Below are positions 19,630 to 29,398 of a stretch of 64,000 nucleotides of DNA, in pieces. A model generated the notes under the pieces. The model searched no databases. It had not been told where the DNA came from and saw nothing but the letters and a program-made list of their open reading frames with translations. The DNA comes from a virus (Duplodnaviria; Caudoviricetes), in the IMG/VR virus record IMGVR_UViG_3300033551_000003, positions 815 through 64,814 of that record; one strand, written 5' to 3'. The first letter of the stretch is position 1. Each line of letters opens with the position of its first letter. The position numbers were made by a program, and so were the translations under genes.

Positions 19630-22223
19630 TTCCAGGTATCCGATGAGAAGGTTCCGAACTCTTTCATATCCAGCCAGTTATCACCGATGCTCATTTCAGC
19701 GGTAATGGGTACGTTCACCCAACGAAACGGCACGCGTATCATAGCACCGATGATCTTTTCCGCTACATCGTCCACACGCTTCAACGGTACACTAGTGAAC
19801 GTGAGATCGTCGTGTATGTTAATCTCTGGCTGGAGATCCCAGTCCCCCACCTCGCTTAACCTAGACATACCGTCTAGGACTATTTCCGCAGCTGTACCCT
19901 GAACGGGCGTGTTTATTTGCTGGTTAGGCGAGAGTGGCCCCCGGCGACGGCGGCCTGTAAGACACTCCACGTAGTTATGTTCCTGATAGAAGCCCATAAG
20001 GCTTTCTTGCCAGTCCTTGACGCCCGAGAAGACCCTCCAAAACTCCTCGTATTCAGGACGCAGGTCCTCCACGGGTATCTGGAGGTACTCGGACGCCGAC
20101 TCTAGCCGCGCCCCGAAGAACAGTGGGAAGGTCCACTGGTTCTTGATATCGGTGCGGAAGTCCTTCATTACCTTCTTATCGTAGAAGTTCTTCTTACCCC
20201 CGACCCGTGCTGGGTAGGCCCGTGATATACGCTGCGCCCACTCCATATGGACATCGTACTTTTCCCACAGCGCCTTGCAGAACGCTTTGTCCTTGGAGAA
20301 CATCGCAATGACGCGGGCCTCTATCTGGCCGTAGTCAAACGACAACAGCACGCAGCCCGGGGGCGCTATGATCTGCTTACGAACCTCCTTGGCCTCATCG
20401 TCACGCTTGGGGAAGTTCTGAAGGTTTGGTCCTTCGCTAGACAACCTGCCTGTTTCCGCAAAAATCGTATTAAAGATCGTATGAAGCTTCCCATCCTCAA
20501 AGACGACTGAGAACTCGTTGTCCACGTCCAACGGATCAATGTAAGTAGCCTTCTGCTTATTAGTCTCGCGCAGACTAATAAGTAGTGACGCCAACGGATG
20601 GTCTATCTTGTCCAATATCTTCTTGTCAGCCGAATACTTTGCCGTCTTGGAATACTTATCTACCACCCGACACTCGGGGCGGTTAAGCATGTCCCTAAAT
20701 ATGTACATCACATCGGGATTTGAGAACGGCTTGAAGGTATAGCCCCGATTAGCCTTAAATTGACGGATGATTGGTAGCGAGTAGACCCTAGCAATAGTGT
20801 CGCTGTAGCGCGTCTGGTACTTAGTACTTAGTCGTTGATTCTCAACGCCGTCGACCATAACCCCCTTAATCTGACTGAGCACTACGGTGGGAACGCGCCG
20901 CTGCTGTAGTCGGTTAGCCTCCACCAGACCCTGCTGCTGTATCTCGGCCTCCTGCTCCAGACCGAGCAGGCAATGGAACTTCGCATCACCCCCGTTGTAG
21001 CGCAGGACTACGTCCAACGTGGTCTGGGCCAGCCATTTGGTGTCAATCATACTGATCTTTTTAAGATTGAAGCCAAAGTACTGCTGTACCAGGAACTCCA
21101 GGGAGAACGGTCCGGGCTTCTGCTTACCACGCCGCTCGTCTAGGATACAGGCCTGTCCCGCCGTATCCATCCACCGAGCAGCCCGCAGCAAGGACGGATC
21201 ATCAAAGTACACGCCTGTCCACTCCAACTCGAAGGCCAGGTTATGTACCCACAAGCGTCCCTTAGCACGCCGTAAAAAATTTGTGAACCGATCGCGTACA
21301 GTATCCTTCTCCGCCTTGGTCCATTCGGCCTCAGGGTGGTCGATGGGGAAGGCAACCCCCTTCGTACCCGTAGCGACGGCCACTGTTAGCAAGCGTGCGC
21401 TCTTATCATAGGGACGTAGCCGATCAGTCTCGTAGTCCACCCCAACATCTGGCTGCTCAGCCGCCCACGCCAACGCTTCAGTAATTTGGTCAATGCCCTC
21501 CTGACCGAACGTCGTGATACAGTCTATACCCTTGAAGACATCCTTGATGTCGTAGGGTTCGGGCTTGGGTAGACCTTGCGCTACCTCCGCGAAGGCCCGC
21601 TTCAGATCAAACCCGAACAACCGCTCCACCTCGTAGTTACCACGCATCTGCTCGTATAGCAGATAGGCCGGGTGTAGTATCGGGTAGTACCAGCAGGCGT
21701 GCGTCCCAATCCGGACGGGCATCCGCCGCCCTCGCCATAGAGTTATACCCGTAAAGCCGCTCACCCAACGCAGGGCCACGTCCCCCAAGCCGAAGATAGC
21801 CTGGGGCCTAGACTGCTCTATATCACGGATGACGGAGGGGCGGCAGGCCTCGATCTCAATAGGCGCGGGCGTACGATTATCGGGTGGGCGAGTACGGACC
21901 GTGTTATTGAACCGCACCTTGTTCTTAAACTCCCGGGGAATGCGCGCCCGCAATAGCTGCCCACTCTTACCGATGAGTTGTACACCTGCGTCATCCTCCT
22001 CCTCGCCAGGAGCCTCTGCGATGATATACACCAATGGCTTGGTGGCCCCAGTGGGGGCCATATCCGGATGACGGTTGCCAGTGACGTGCGCCAAGGGGCA
22101 AGCCTTACACTCCAGGCGATGGACCTCCCGTATGTCCATGCCTCCAAACTTAGCGCCCTTACGCCGATCGGGCAGGTCACCAAACAACGACATCAGGGAA
22201 CGTCCTTCCCATCTATATCCCAC
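19626..22223 (-). CDS. polA: Family A DNA polymerase with N-terminal uracil-DNA-glycosylase-like domain (SPO1-type)
   Basis: UDG: IAEAPGEEED..G..LIGKSGQLL, HPAYLL; exonuclease VDYET; polymerase TGRLSSEGPNLQN, DYGQIEAR, NTPVQGTAA, IHDDL. Confidence 0.92.
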   Translation of the reverse strand: MGYRWEGRSLMSLFGDLPDRRKGAKFGGMDIREVHRLECKACPLAHVTGNRHPDMAPTGATKPLVYIIAEAPGEEEDDAGVQLIGKSGQLLRARIPREFKNKVRFNNTVRTRPPDNRTPAPIEIEACRPSVIRDIEQSRPQAIFGLGDVALRWVSGFTGITLWRGRRMPVRIGTHACWYYPILHPAYLLYEQMRGNYEVERLFGFDLKRAFAEVAQGLPKPEPYDIKDVFKGIDCITTFGQEGIDQITEALAWAAEQPDVGVDYETDRLRPYDKSARLLTVAVATGTKGVAFPIDHPEAEWTKAEKDTVRDRFTNFLRRAKGRLWVHNLAFELEWTGVYFDDPSLLRAARWMDTAGQACILDERRGKQKPGPFSLEFLVQQYFGFNLKKISMIDTKWLAQTTLDVVLRYNGGDAKFHCLLGLEQEAEIQQQGLVEANRLQQRRVPTVVLSQIKGVMVDGVENQRLSTKYQTRYSDTIARVYSLPIIRQFKANRGYTFKPFSNPDVMYIFRDMLNRPECRVVDKYSKTAKYSADKKILDKIDHPLASLLISLRETNKQKATYIDPLDVDNEFSVVFEDGKLHTIFNTIFAETGRLSSEGPNLQNFPKRDDEAKEVRKQIIAPPGCVLLSFDYGQIEARVIAMFSKDKAFCKALWEKYDVHMEWAQRISRAYPARVGGKKNFYDKKVMKDFRTDIKNQWTFPLFFGARLESASEYLQIPVEDLRPEYEEFWRVFSGVKDWQESLMGFYQEHNYVECLTGRRRRGPLSPNQQINTPVQGTAAEIVLDGMSRLSEVGDWDLQPEINIHDDLTFTSVPLKRVDDVAEKIIGAMIRVPFRWVNVPITAEMSIGDNWLDMKEFGTFSSDTWK

Positions 22224-22407
22224 TCGTTCACTAGTGACTCGGCATCGCGTGGAGCGTACCCAAGCATCTCGAGCCGCGAAACGGCATCAATAAGCTCGAT
22301 CCTGCCGTTGAGGAAGTCCTGCCTGATAGCATCCTCACTGTCCATCATCACTCTCCTTGATCTCTGAGAGGATAGGTGTCTAAAGAGCAATTGCATGTTA
22401 GCTATCT

Positions 22408-23502
22408 TCAACGCGCACCCCCATCCACTGCCGCCACTATATACATAAACCGATCCTCATCACCAAACAGCATGATAGAGGTGGCATCCATCGCGAACCG
22501 ATTAGCCTCCCCAAACCCCCGCATAAGCACTGTAGCATTGTACCTAGCCGCCGCATTGGGGAGCTTACCATTCAACGTAATGTTCCCATTAACCGCACCC
22601 AACCGATACTTACCACTAAGCGTCAAGATGTTGCCCTTACAGGATAGATCACCATTGGCGTCCTCCTCACCCGCCAGGATACTTACACGCTCCAGCAGCG
22701 GACGCAGCCCGGGAGGCAGGTCAGCCCGATCACGGGCCGCCTTTCGGTACTTGCCGGCCAGCACGGCTAGGTCCGGTTCACTCTGCTCCTCAAGTAGGTT
22801 GCTGAAGAGACGAACCCCGTCCCCACCCTCCACCATAAGGTAGTCACCGATATGCAGCGTGGCCCCAGGCTCAACCAGGTCCAGGACGCAACTCACCAAC
22901 CCCCACGGTATGATCACCCGCTCCAGCCCCTTGGGAGGCTCCTCCTCAACGACGGCCTGTGCCAGACTGCGGCTATCGGTGGCATACAACTCCATCTTGT
23001 CCTTCTGAGCCACCAACGTGATCCCGTGGTGCATAGGCTGATCGCCACCGGACTTCCTGACAAAGCGAAGCTTATTGAATGCCCCCACCATAGCCTCGCT
23101 AAGGATGACGCGCGTACCGCCTTTAGGCTTACCCGCGAGGAGGAAAGGCCACAACCCCGCCTTATCCGCCTCACCAACGACCTCACCGAAGAAGATATCG
23201 CCCGGAAGGGAGACGAGGGTGACTTTGGCCTTGCCCATCTGGAGGACGACGTCATCCTTGACCTGGTCCAGGAAGACTTCCTTGAGTGTAGAAGTCTTGA
23301 GTAACTCGAGCAGGGGCTTGCCCGGTAAGCCGCAGTCCAATTCCGTCTTGAGCGGCAGGCGAATTCCCAACCCCCCATCGTAGGCGTAGACGTTCTTGTT
23401 ATCAAACCAGAAGTGCTTGTAGCCCTCCAGCATAGCCGTGCGGGCTACCGCAGGGCTGGCGTCGTTCAGGACGGATAGCAATTCCTCGCGATCGAAGGTC
23501 AT
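22408..23502 (-). CDS. Sliding clamp (DNA pol III beta-like)
   Basis: FDREELLSVL start, MELYATDSRSLA motif, 364 aa, adjacent to polymerase and clamp loader. Confidence 0.7.
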   Translation of the reverse strand: MTFDREELLSVLNDASPAVARTAMLEGYKHFWFDNKNVYAYDGGLGIRLPLKTELDCGLPGKPLLELLKTSTLKEVFLDQVKDDVVLQMGKAKVTLVSLPGDIFFGEVVGEADKAGLWPFLLAGKPKGGTRVILSEAMVGAFNKLRFVRKSGGDQPMHHGITLVAQKDKMELYATDSRSLAQAVVEEEPPKGLERVIIPWGLVSCVLDLVEPGATLHIGDYLMVEGGDGVRLFSNLLEEQSEPDLAVLAGKYRKAARDRADLPPGLRPLLERVSILAGEEDANGDLSCKGNILTLSGKYRLGAVNGNITLNGKLPNAAARYNATVLMRGFGEANRFAMDATSIMLFGDEDRFMYIVAAVDGGAR

Positions 23503-25014
23503 CTATGCACGCTCCGCATGCTTGTTGCTGTCACTAATCGGTACGGGACGGGGCTCCTGCTCCTCTGGATCCTCTGGCTCCTCAGCATCCGGGTCCAACA
23601 GCAGAAGGCGGTCCATAAGCCCCCGGACCTCAATCAGATCGGCCACAGCCGACCACGTGGCTAGCTGAAAGACGATGTCCTCCTCCTCCTTCCACAGCTT
23701 GTTGGCCTGCGCAAAGCTAACTACCTGCTGCGCCACGGCCGCCTCATTCATTGAAGCACGGGGCGGGGCAACAAATTCAACGCTCTCTATCAGCTTATCG
23801 ACGTAGTGCATTGCCTTTTGCAGGTCATCCTTACCGCCCTTCTTACGCCAGCGTGATAGGTACTTCGTTGCGTTGCCCTCGAAGTAGCCCAAGTTAAGCT
23901 GGAGCACCAGGTCCCAGTGCTCGTAAGCTGTCTTGTAGTGCTGACCACCAATCTGGCGCTTGTTGGCCTCCCCATTTATTGGGGCCGCCCTTTCCTCAGG
24001 CTTCATCCGACGCTCCATCCATTCCTGGGCGGCCCGCTTCCAGTCCGGGGATATCTTAGAACCCACAAGCTTGTCCCAGGCCTCCAGACGGTGCTTTGCC
24101 TTCCATAATCGGTTAATAGTAAATAACGGGGCCGCCGTTTCCTCGAACCAGGTGTTCCTTAAGAACGGTAGGGGTCCCCCAGGCAGCTTGGTCCATTCCA
24201 TAAAATCGGCTAGGTCGGAGTCAAACGCCAGGGAGCGATGGATCAAAGGCGTGGGCGTGTAGCCCTCGCTCTCGTACGGCTGAACGAATATTTGGCGGCC
24301 CCCGTTAGCAATCAGCTTGTCGATGATTTCAGTGTAGGCATGGAAGTTGTTGCTGACCTGGTAGTACTTACCTACACCCACACCAATCATTCGCGCCAGG
24401 TACTCCAGTAGCACCGAGAAGTGCACGGCGTTCGCCCCGTACGCCCCCCAGATGGCGTCGTTGGAGCGGCAGCATACGGTTATATCCAGCACGGGACCAG
24501 ACGACTCCTTACGCACCCGTAAGAAAGCCTGTGAGTTACATGGGATGTCCTTCTTGTCCTGCACACCCAGGTCCGAAGCCGGATCCCACATCGTCAACAC
24601 TGCCCGCCGGTCGTTGTTGTTAGTCCTTAGTATACGGATCAGGACCGGTAGCTGATCACTGTAGAAGTGATTCCTCCACCGATAGCCGTACGCCCCATGC
24701 TGCATCCCATCATCCTCAGCAAAGCGCGCCGAGAAGTCACTAACAAACTGGTCAAGCCAAGTAGCGTCGTTACGACCCGAGAGCATCCACAAACTCTCAA
24801 ATAAGTGGAAGAACGGATTGGCGTCCCGCACGGGGTCGAACAACACCCGCTCAGTAGGCTTCTCATAGACGGTCGTCAGTGGATACGGCAGCACAATGAC
24901 CTGGCCCGCCCGCGTGTCCTGCACCTCACCCTCCTTAAGCAGGTGGATCAGACCCTGGTCATAAGCATCGTTAACGTTCCGCGCGTTGATTACGTACATT
25001 TTGCCTCCATCCAT
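23503..25014 (-). CDS. Thymidylate-synthase-family dUMP hydroxymethylase fused to a DUF3310-like C-terminal domain
   Basis: RDANPFFHLFESLWML, GAYGYRWR, RRAVLTMWD, DIPCN, RSNDAIWGAYGAN, NNFHAY; C-terminal QIGGQHYK...EGNATKYLSRWRKKGGKDDLQKAMHY. Confidence 0.85.
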   Translation of the reverse strand: MDGGKMYVINARNVNDAYDQGLIHLLKEGEVQDTRAGQVIVLPYPLTTVYEKPTERVLFDPVRDANPFFHLFESLWMLSGRNDATWLDQFVSDFSARFAEDDGMQHGAYGYRWRNHFYSDQLPVLIRILRTNNNDRRAVLTMWDPASDLGVQDKKDIPCNSQAFLRVRKESSGPVLDITVCCRSNDAIWGAYGANAVHFSVLLEYLARMIGVGVGKYYQVSNNFHAYTEIIDKLIANGGRQIFVQPYESEGYTPTPLIHRSLAFDSDLADFMEWTKLPGGPLPFLRNTWFEETAAPLFTINRLWKAKHRLEAWDKLVGSKISPDWKRAAQEWMERRMKPEERAAPINGEANKRQIGGQHYKTAYEHWDLVLQLNLGYFEGNATKYLSRWRKKGGKDDLQKAMHYVDKLIESVEFVAPPRASMNEAAVAQQVVSFAQANKLWKEEEDIVFQLATWSAVADLIEVRGLMDRLLLLDPDAEEPEDPEEQEPRPVPISDSNKHAERA

Positions 25015-25514
25015 TCAACATAACGCTGGGCGGTTGCCCGATAATACTCTGGTAGCTGCTCGATGATATTCTTGATCACCGGCGCTAGGTCCCTGACAAT
25101 AGGTTCCGCGAAGCGGTTACCCATCGCCACCTCCAACATACCAAACTCCCACATCTCGATATAGTCGCAGAGCTTGGCCCGCACGCAGTCACCGGGACTG
25201 AGCTCCTCCATCCGACCACCCATATCCAACACCGCGTCAGCCTCCAAGTCATCAACCATAGCCTTAAGTTTCGGGTTTTGGCTCTTGACCGGATAGGGCA
25301 GGTCACCGACCACTAACTCACCCGCGTCGTGCCAGATAAAGTGGGTACTCACTCGGGGCGGCAACTCACCCCACATCTGGAACCATATTCGCATAGCGTG
25401 GTAGCTGTGCTCACCGACCGTCTGCTGTCGGAGAATAGGCCACGTGTGGTACCGACGCACCATTCCTGCTACGCGGGGGTTAGTACGTATTTGGTCGCGG
25501 TACATTATAGCCAC
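24990..25514 (-). CDS. HD-domain 5'-deoxynucleotidase-like (YfbR-like) hydrolase
   Basis: VRRYHT, QTVGEHSY, WHDAGELVVGDLPYPVK, KLCDYIE. Confidence 0.85.
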   Translation of the reverse strand: MAIMYRDQIRTNPRVAGMVRRYHTWPILRQQTVGEHSYHAMRIWFQMWGELPPRVSTHFIWHDAGELVVGDLPYPVKSQNPKLKAMVDDLEADAVLDMGGRMEELSPGDCVRAKLCDYIEMWEFGMLEVAMGNRFAEPIVRDLAPVIKNIIEQLPEYYRATAQRYVEWMEAKCT

Positions 25515-25954
25515 CAGAGTCCCGACGAGGGTTTGCGCTTGATCGTACGGGGAGGACTGGTACGGCGCTTGGCACGTTTGTACGCATCCACAGAGCGTTT
25601 AGGCGCGACCTGTAGCGGATGGCTCAACTCCAGAATAACCTTGCCGTCCACCCGCCCAATCCAGGCCTGTAGTTCCTTGATCGGTTGAAAGCGCGGGGCG
25701 GGAGTAATACTAGGATCCTTCAACCGCAGGCGGGACCGCCCCACCAAAGGACCACCAGCAATAGCAGCACGCCGCTTCCACTCTCGACCAAACGGATCAC
25801 GTCGCAACTCCGCAATCAAGAAACCAACCTTCCAGGCCGTCAAAAAGCGCACACCCTCATTGTATCCCAACCGATGCTGTACCCTAAGCGGGACGTATAG
25901 CTCGGGCTTCATATTCCTGTGCACAGTAACTGCACAGTTAGACTTCCTAATCAT
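25505..25954 (-). CDS. Hypothetical basic protein
   Basis: ORF fills the gap in the operon. Confidence 0.4.
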   Translation of the reverse strand: MIRKSNCAVTVHRNMKPELYVPLRVQHRLGYNEGVRFLTAWKVGFLIAELRRDPFGREWKRRAAIAGGPLVGRSRLRLKDPSITPAPRFQPIKELQAWIGRVDGKVILELSHPLQVAPKRSVDAYKRAKRRTSPPRTIKRKPSSGLWWL

Positions 25955-25956
25955 GA

Positions 25957-26844
25957 CTAGTACTCCGTTTCAGGTTTGTAGGTCGCACGAGGGCGGCCCT
26001 CTCCAGCAGCAACGCGCAGCATCTTATCCGTTTCACACAGCGCGTTCTGAACGTCCATAAGCGTCAACGTAACATACTCCGGCCCCAAAGCCCGGATAAT
26101 CTGATGGCGCCAAACCTTAAGCTGGCTACACCACACATCCTCCGGAACGCTTTGCTTGAGCGGGTTACCCATCAGACGATTGTACCCACGGATGGAGCCA
26201 GGCCCCTGTGGAGCCCACGCACACAGGTCACCGGCCCGCTCTAGCATCGGCGTGTAGGTCCAATCGGTGACCACTTGCCCCGCCATGAAGCGGCCCCAGT
26301 ACTTGGCCTTGGTCAGAGCCCCCCACACCAACCGTTGCTGCTTCACCACAATCGCATGCTCCAAGGACCCACGCACACTAGCCAGACCATCCCCGATGAC
26401 AACCTCAGCTACGAAGCGCCCCTTCCCCATCTTGCCGTGCAACGCAGGCTTAGGTGCACGGATCATGTACGCACCAGTCCAGGTCTTTAGATTAGAGGCG
26501 CAGCGCTGGTCTATAAAATCACCGATGGCCCGCAAGTCCAGCTTAGACTGGGGCCACAACCCCTCCTCCATAATAGCCGCGATTGTCGGGGGCCAGTTTA
26601 CCCATCGGCACAAAGCCGTGAACTGCACGAAGCTCCATCCCAGTCTTACAGACTTACTTAGAACGTTGCGTATCAACCACTGACTGACCCGATCATCACG
26701 GCGTCTAAGGTTGGTAAATCTGTACTTAGCCAGGATGGGATCGGTAGTCCAGGGTTCTACACCCTGCTCCTTACGCTTGCGGATGGCCTCCCGCTCCGAC
26801 GCCCAATATATCAATGCAGCACTAGAAGGACGACGGTCAACCAT
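25957..26844 (-). CDS. 5-hmdU DNA kinase helical domain (aGPT-Pplase1-like)
   Basis: EREAIRKRK..G..PWTTDPILAKYRFTNLRRRDDRVS, FMAGQVVTD, GPGSIRG, DVQNALCETDK. Confidence 0.85.
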   Translation of the reverse strand: MVDRRPSSAALIYWASEREAIRKRKEQGVEPWTTDPILAKYRFTNLRRRDDRVSQWLIRNVLSKSVRLGWSFVQFTALCRWVNWPPTIAAIMEEGLWPQSKLDLRAIGDFIDQRCASNLKTWTGAYMIRAPKPALHGKMGKGRFVAEVVIGDGLASVRGSLEHAIVVKQQRLVWGALTKAKYWGRFMAGQVVTDWTYTPMLERAGDLCAWAPQGPGSIRGYNRLMGNPLKQSVPEDVWCSQLKVWRHQIIRALGPEYVTLTLMDVQNALCETDKMLRVAAGEGRPRATYKPETEY

Positions 26845-27409
26845 CGGCTAGGAGCTTCTTGATAAGGGTTGGCGCGTTACCCGCACTAGTCGAGTAGGCC
26901 CGCATGATGCCGTCGGCCAGGACCTTCTTCCTTATCCGCTCGGCAGTCTTGAACTTGAGCGTGACGTTCTTAACCAAACGCTCGTCACGGGAATTGCCAC
27001 TGCGGGCTTCCACCCGCTTAAGGCACGTCTCCAGTGACGTATTCAGGAAGACAAAGACCGAATCCTTCTTGTATTTCTCCATCAACGCCCCAACCCTGCC
27101 GTATACGGATGTAATGATCACCCCCTCGAAGATCACGTGCCCCTTGGGCTCGTACTTCTCCAGCAGTCGCAAGACGGTGTCATACTTGAACCGATCACAC
27201 CCCCCACACTCCGTTAGGTGATACGGTCCAAGTATGAACACCGGTCGGCTCACGCCCCGAACCTCTAGCTGATACGCTTCCGGCAGGCGGCTACCCAACG
27301 CCCCATAGATAGCATGGTTGTGGCAGGAGGCTATAAGCGTACGGATCACCGTACTCTTAGCACTACCGTTAGTTCCTCGAAGAGAGATTAGCATCGACCG
27401 CACCTTCAA
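26837..27409 (-). CDS. P-loop nucleotide kinase
   Basis: LRGTNGSAKST, GGCD, VIFEG, CLKRVEAR. Confidence 0.8.
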   Translation of the reverse strand: MKVRSMLISLRGTNGSAKSTVIRTLIASCHNHAIYGALGSRLPEAYQLEVRGVSRPVFILGPYHLTECGGCDRFKYDTVLRLLEKYEPKGHVIFEGVIITSVYGRVGALMEKYKKDSVFVFLNTSLETCLKRVEARSGNSRDERLVKNVTLKFKTAERIRKKVLADGIMRAYSTSAGNAPTLIKKLLADG

Positions 27410-27989
27410 CGAGCTCTAATAATTTTTCTAGCGCCGCGTCACGGCGAACCTTTATCACCCTAGCACCCTGCGCCTGCATCTTGGTACAATAGTTGGCCGC
27501 CCGCACAAAGTTACCCTTGGTATTTTTCTTATCCAATAGCCGACCCTGCCCGCGCGCCGATCGGCGACTGTTGATAGATGCGACGCACGTCGCGTAGGGC
27601 ACGTCAAGCTGTAGGATAACGAACTCCTTCCCATACTCGGCGGCCAGCTGTGGACCACGAGTATGGTTCATAACAATCAGCCCCTCGTAGATAACATGAT
27701 ACCGTTTAGCCTTCTCCCGGATCAGGTCGAATATCTGGACCACGTCACGGATAGTATCACAGCCCGCCGTGTCAGCATCCTCATACGCCCCCATAAGGAA
27801 GAAGAGCACCCCCTCTATCCCAAAGGTGTACCCGATGGGGGGTTTGCGCCCCGCAATATACTGCGGCTTACAGGTGGCCTCCCCCACCCAGGATAGAAAC
27901 TCGCGGATCAGGTGGGTCTTACCCGATCCGGATGTGCCAGCTATATTGATTATCACTTGATCACGTCCAGCGCGTACCAGAACGACCAT
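27369..27989 (-). CDS. P-loop nucleotide kinase (paralog of the adjacent gene)
   Basis: IAGTSGSGKT, AGCDT, VIYEGL, CVASINSRR. Confidence 0.8.
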   Translation of the reverse strand: MVVLVRAGRDQVIINIAGTSGSGKTHLIREFLSWVGEATCKPQYIAGRKPPIGYTFGIEGVLFFLMGAYEDADTAGCDTIRDVVQIFDLIREKAKRYHVIYEGLIVMNHTRGPQLAAEYGKEFVILQLDVPYATCVASINSRRSARGQGRLLDKKNTKGNFVRAANYCTKMQAQGARVIKVRRDAALEKLLELVEGAVDANLSSRN

Positions 27990-29398
27990 TCGTTAGCGAT
28001 CACCATAGACCAGAACAGCCAGGCCCACAGACCGCAAGCCACCGCGCAGATGCCCCCATAGAGTGGCAACCGGAAGTGGCTCCGTCCACCTAAGGCATAC
28101 AAAACACCAATCGTGCCTGTAGCCGTAGGGGCCATGAAGCTAAAGTCAACGGAGAAGCCTGTCATCATAATCCAGGGCACAGGGTTGAGCCCCACCGATG
28201 GTAATGCTGTCGTCAGCAACGGGATCAGCATGCCGGCCGTTCCAGTATCGGAAGCAACCTGGGCCATACTAATACACAACGCCACCCAGAGACCCACCGA
28301 TACGAAGGGCTCGTAGCTCCAGATATTCCCAACCAGGTCCAGTACCTGCTGGCCCGCCCCGACCACACCAACCAGCGTGGATACACTCATCGCAATCGGC
28401 CACACACTAACCGCGTGGATAGGGAACTGCTTCAAAGCTTTAAGCGGCAGCACCATACCTACCTTTGGGACCCAAAGCGCCAACGTGACAACCAACAAAC
28501 CTACGTATATCCACGGCAGGCTGAATGGCAACCAAGGCCGGACGTAGGGGAGACCAACGGCTAGCGCGAGCAGGACAGCCACCACCTTCTCGTGACGCGA
28601 CCAGGGCTTAGGATGTGCGATCATATTAACCCGATCAGCAAACCTAAAATGCCTCCCACCCAAGGCCAGCACCCAAAATACAGCAGCGATGATTATCAAG
28701 CAGACCGTGGTTGGAAGCAGCATCCTAAGCGTAAATGACAGGGCCGTCACTTCGCCACCTAGCACCTTGTTTAGGCCCGCCCAGGTTATCGCGGCCTGGC
28801 CCCCTGCCATCGGTGTGAGGATGCCCCCTAGGGACGCTCCAATAGCCGTAGCGATAATAAGCAGCATAGCATCCTTGGAGCCTGCCACCGAGTCCAAGTC
28901 GTGATAGCCTGCCCGGTCAAGGATCTTCATAACGATCGGTATCAGTGCTAGGGCCACCACCACGTCCGCCGCGAAGTCCGAGATGATCGTGGAGAACACC
29001 AACCAGAACAGGGTCTGGGCACGCACGCTCGTACCGATCCGGGCAATGAAGAAGAGCGCCATACGCTCCATCAATCCACAGTGGACGGCCGCCACAATAA
29101 CTACAGTTGGACCCACGATCAGCAGCAACGCCGGATGGAAGAAGCTCAGCAGTATTGTCGTTATTGGCACCCCCATCAGACCGAAGCCGATGATGGGAAT
29201 AGCTGCAGTCCAGAGCACAGGCACCGCCCCACTAGCCCAGTAGATTGCTGCCCAAGCCATCACCCCAATAGCCGCGTAGCTAGGAGCAAGGCTCCAGGTC
29301 ATCAGGAACACCGCTGGACCGATGAAGGCTCCTATTATACGACCAGTCTCGAACCTCTGCAGTACGTTCTCAATCATGGGATCCTCACTTACAGCCAA
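27953..29398 (-). CDS. SLC13/DASS-family (divalent anion:Na+ symporter-like) transporter
   Basis: ~13 hydrophobic segments; GASLGGILTPMAG, QVASDTGTAGMLIP, FSFMAPTAT motifs. Confidence 0.8.
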   Translation of the reverse strand: MAVSEDPMIENVLQRFETGRIIGAFIGPAVFLMTWSLAPSYAAIGVMAWAAIYWASGAVPVLWTAAIPIIGFGLMGVPITTILLSFFHPALLLIVGPTVVIVAAVHCGLMERMALFFIARIGTSVRAQTLFWLVFSTIISDFAADVVVALALIPIVMKILDRAGYHDLDSVAGSKDAMLLIIATAIGASLGGILTPMAGGQAAITWAGLNKVLGGEVTALSFTLRMLLPTTVCLIIIAAVFWVLALGGRHFRFADRVNMIAHPKPWSRHEKVVAVLLALAVGLPYVRPWLPFSLPWIYVGLLVVTLALWVPKVGMVLPLKALKQFPIHAVSVWPIAMSVSTLVGVVGAGQQVLDLVGNIWSYEPFVSVGLWVALCISMAQVASDTGTAGMLIPLLTTALPSVGLNPVPWIMMTGFSVDFSFMAPTATGTIGVLYALGGRSHFRLPLYGGICAVACGLWAWLFWSMVIANEWSFWYALDVIK

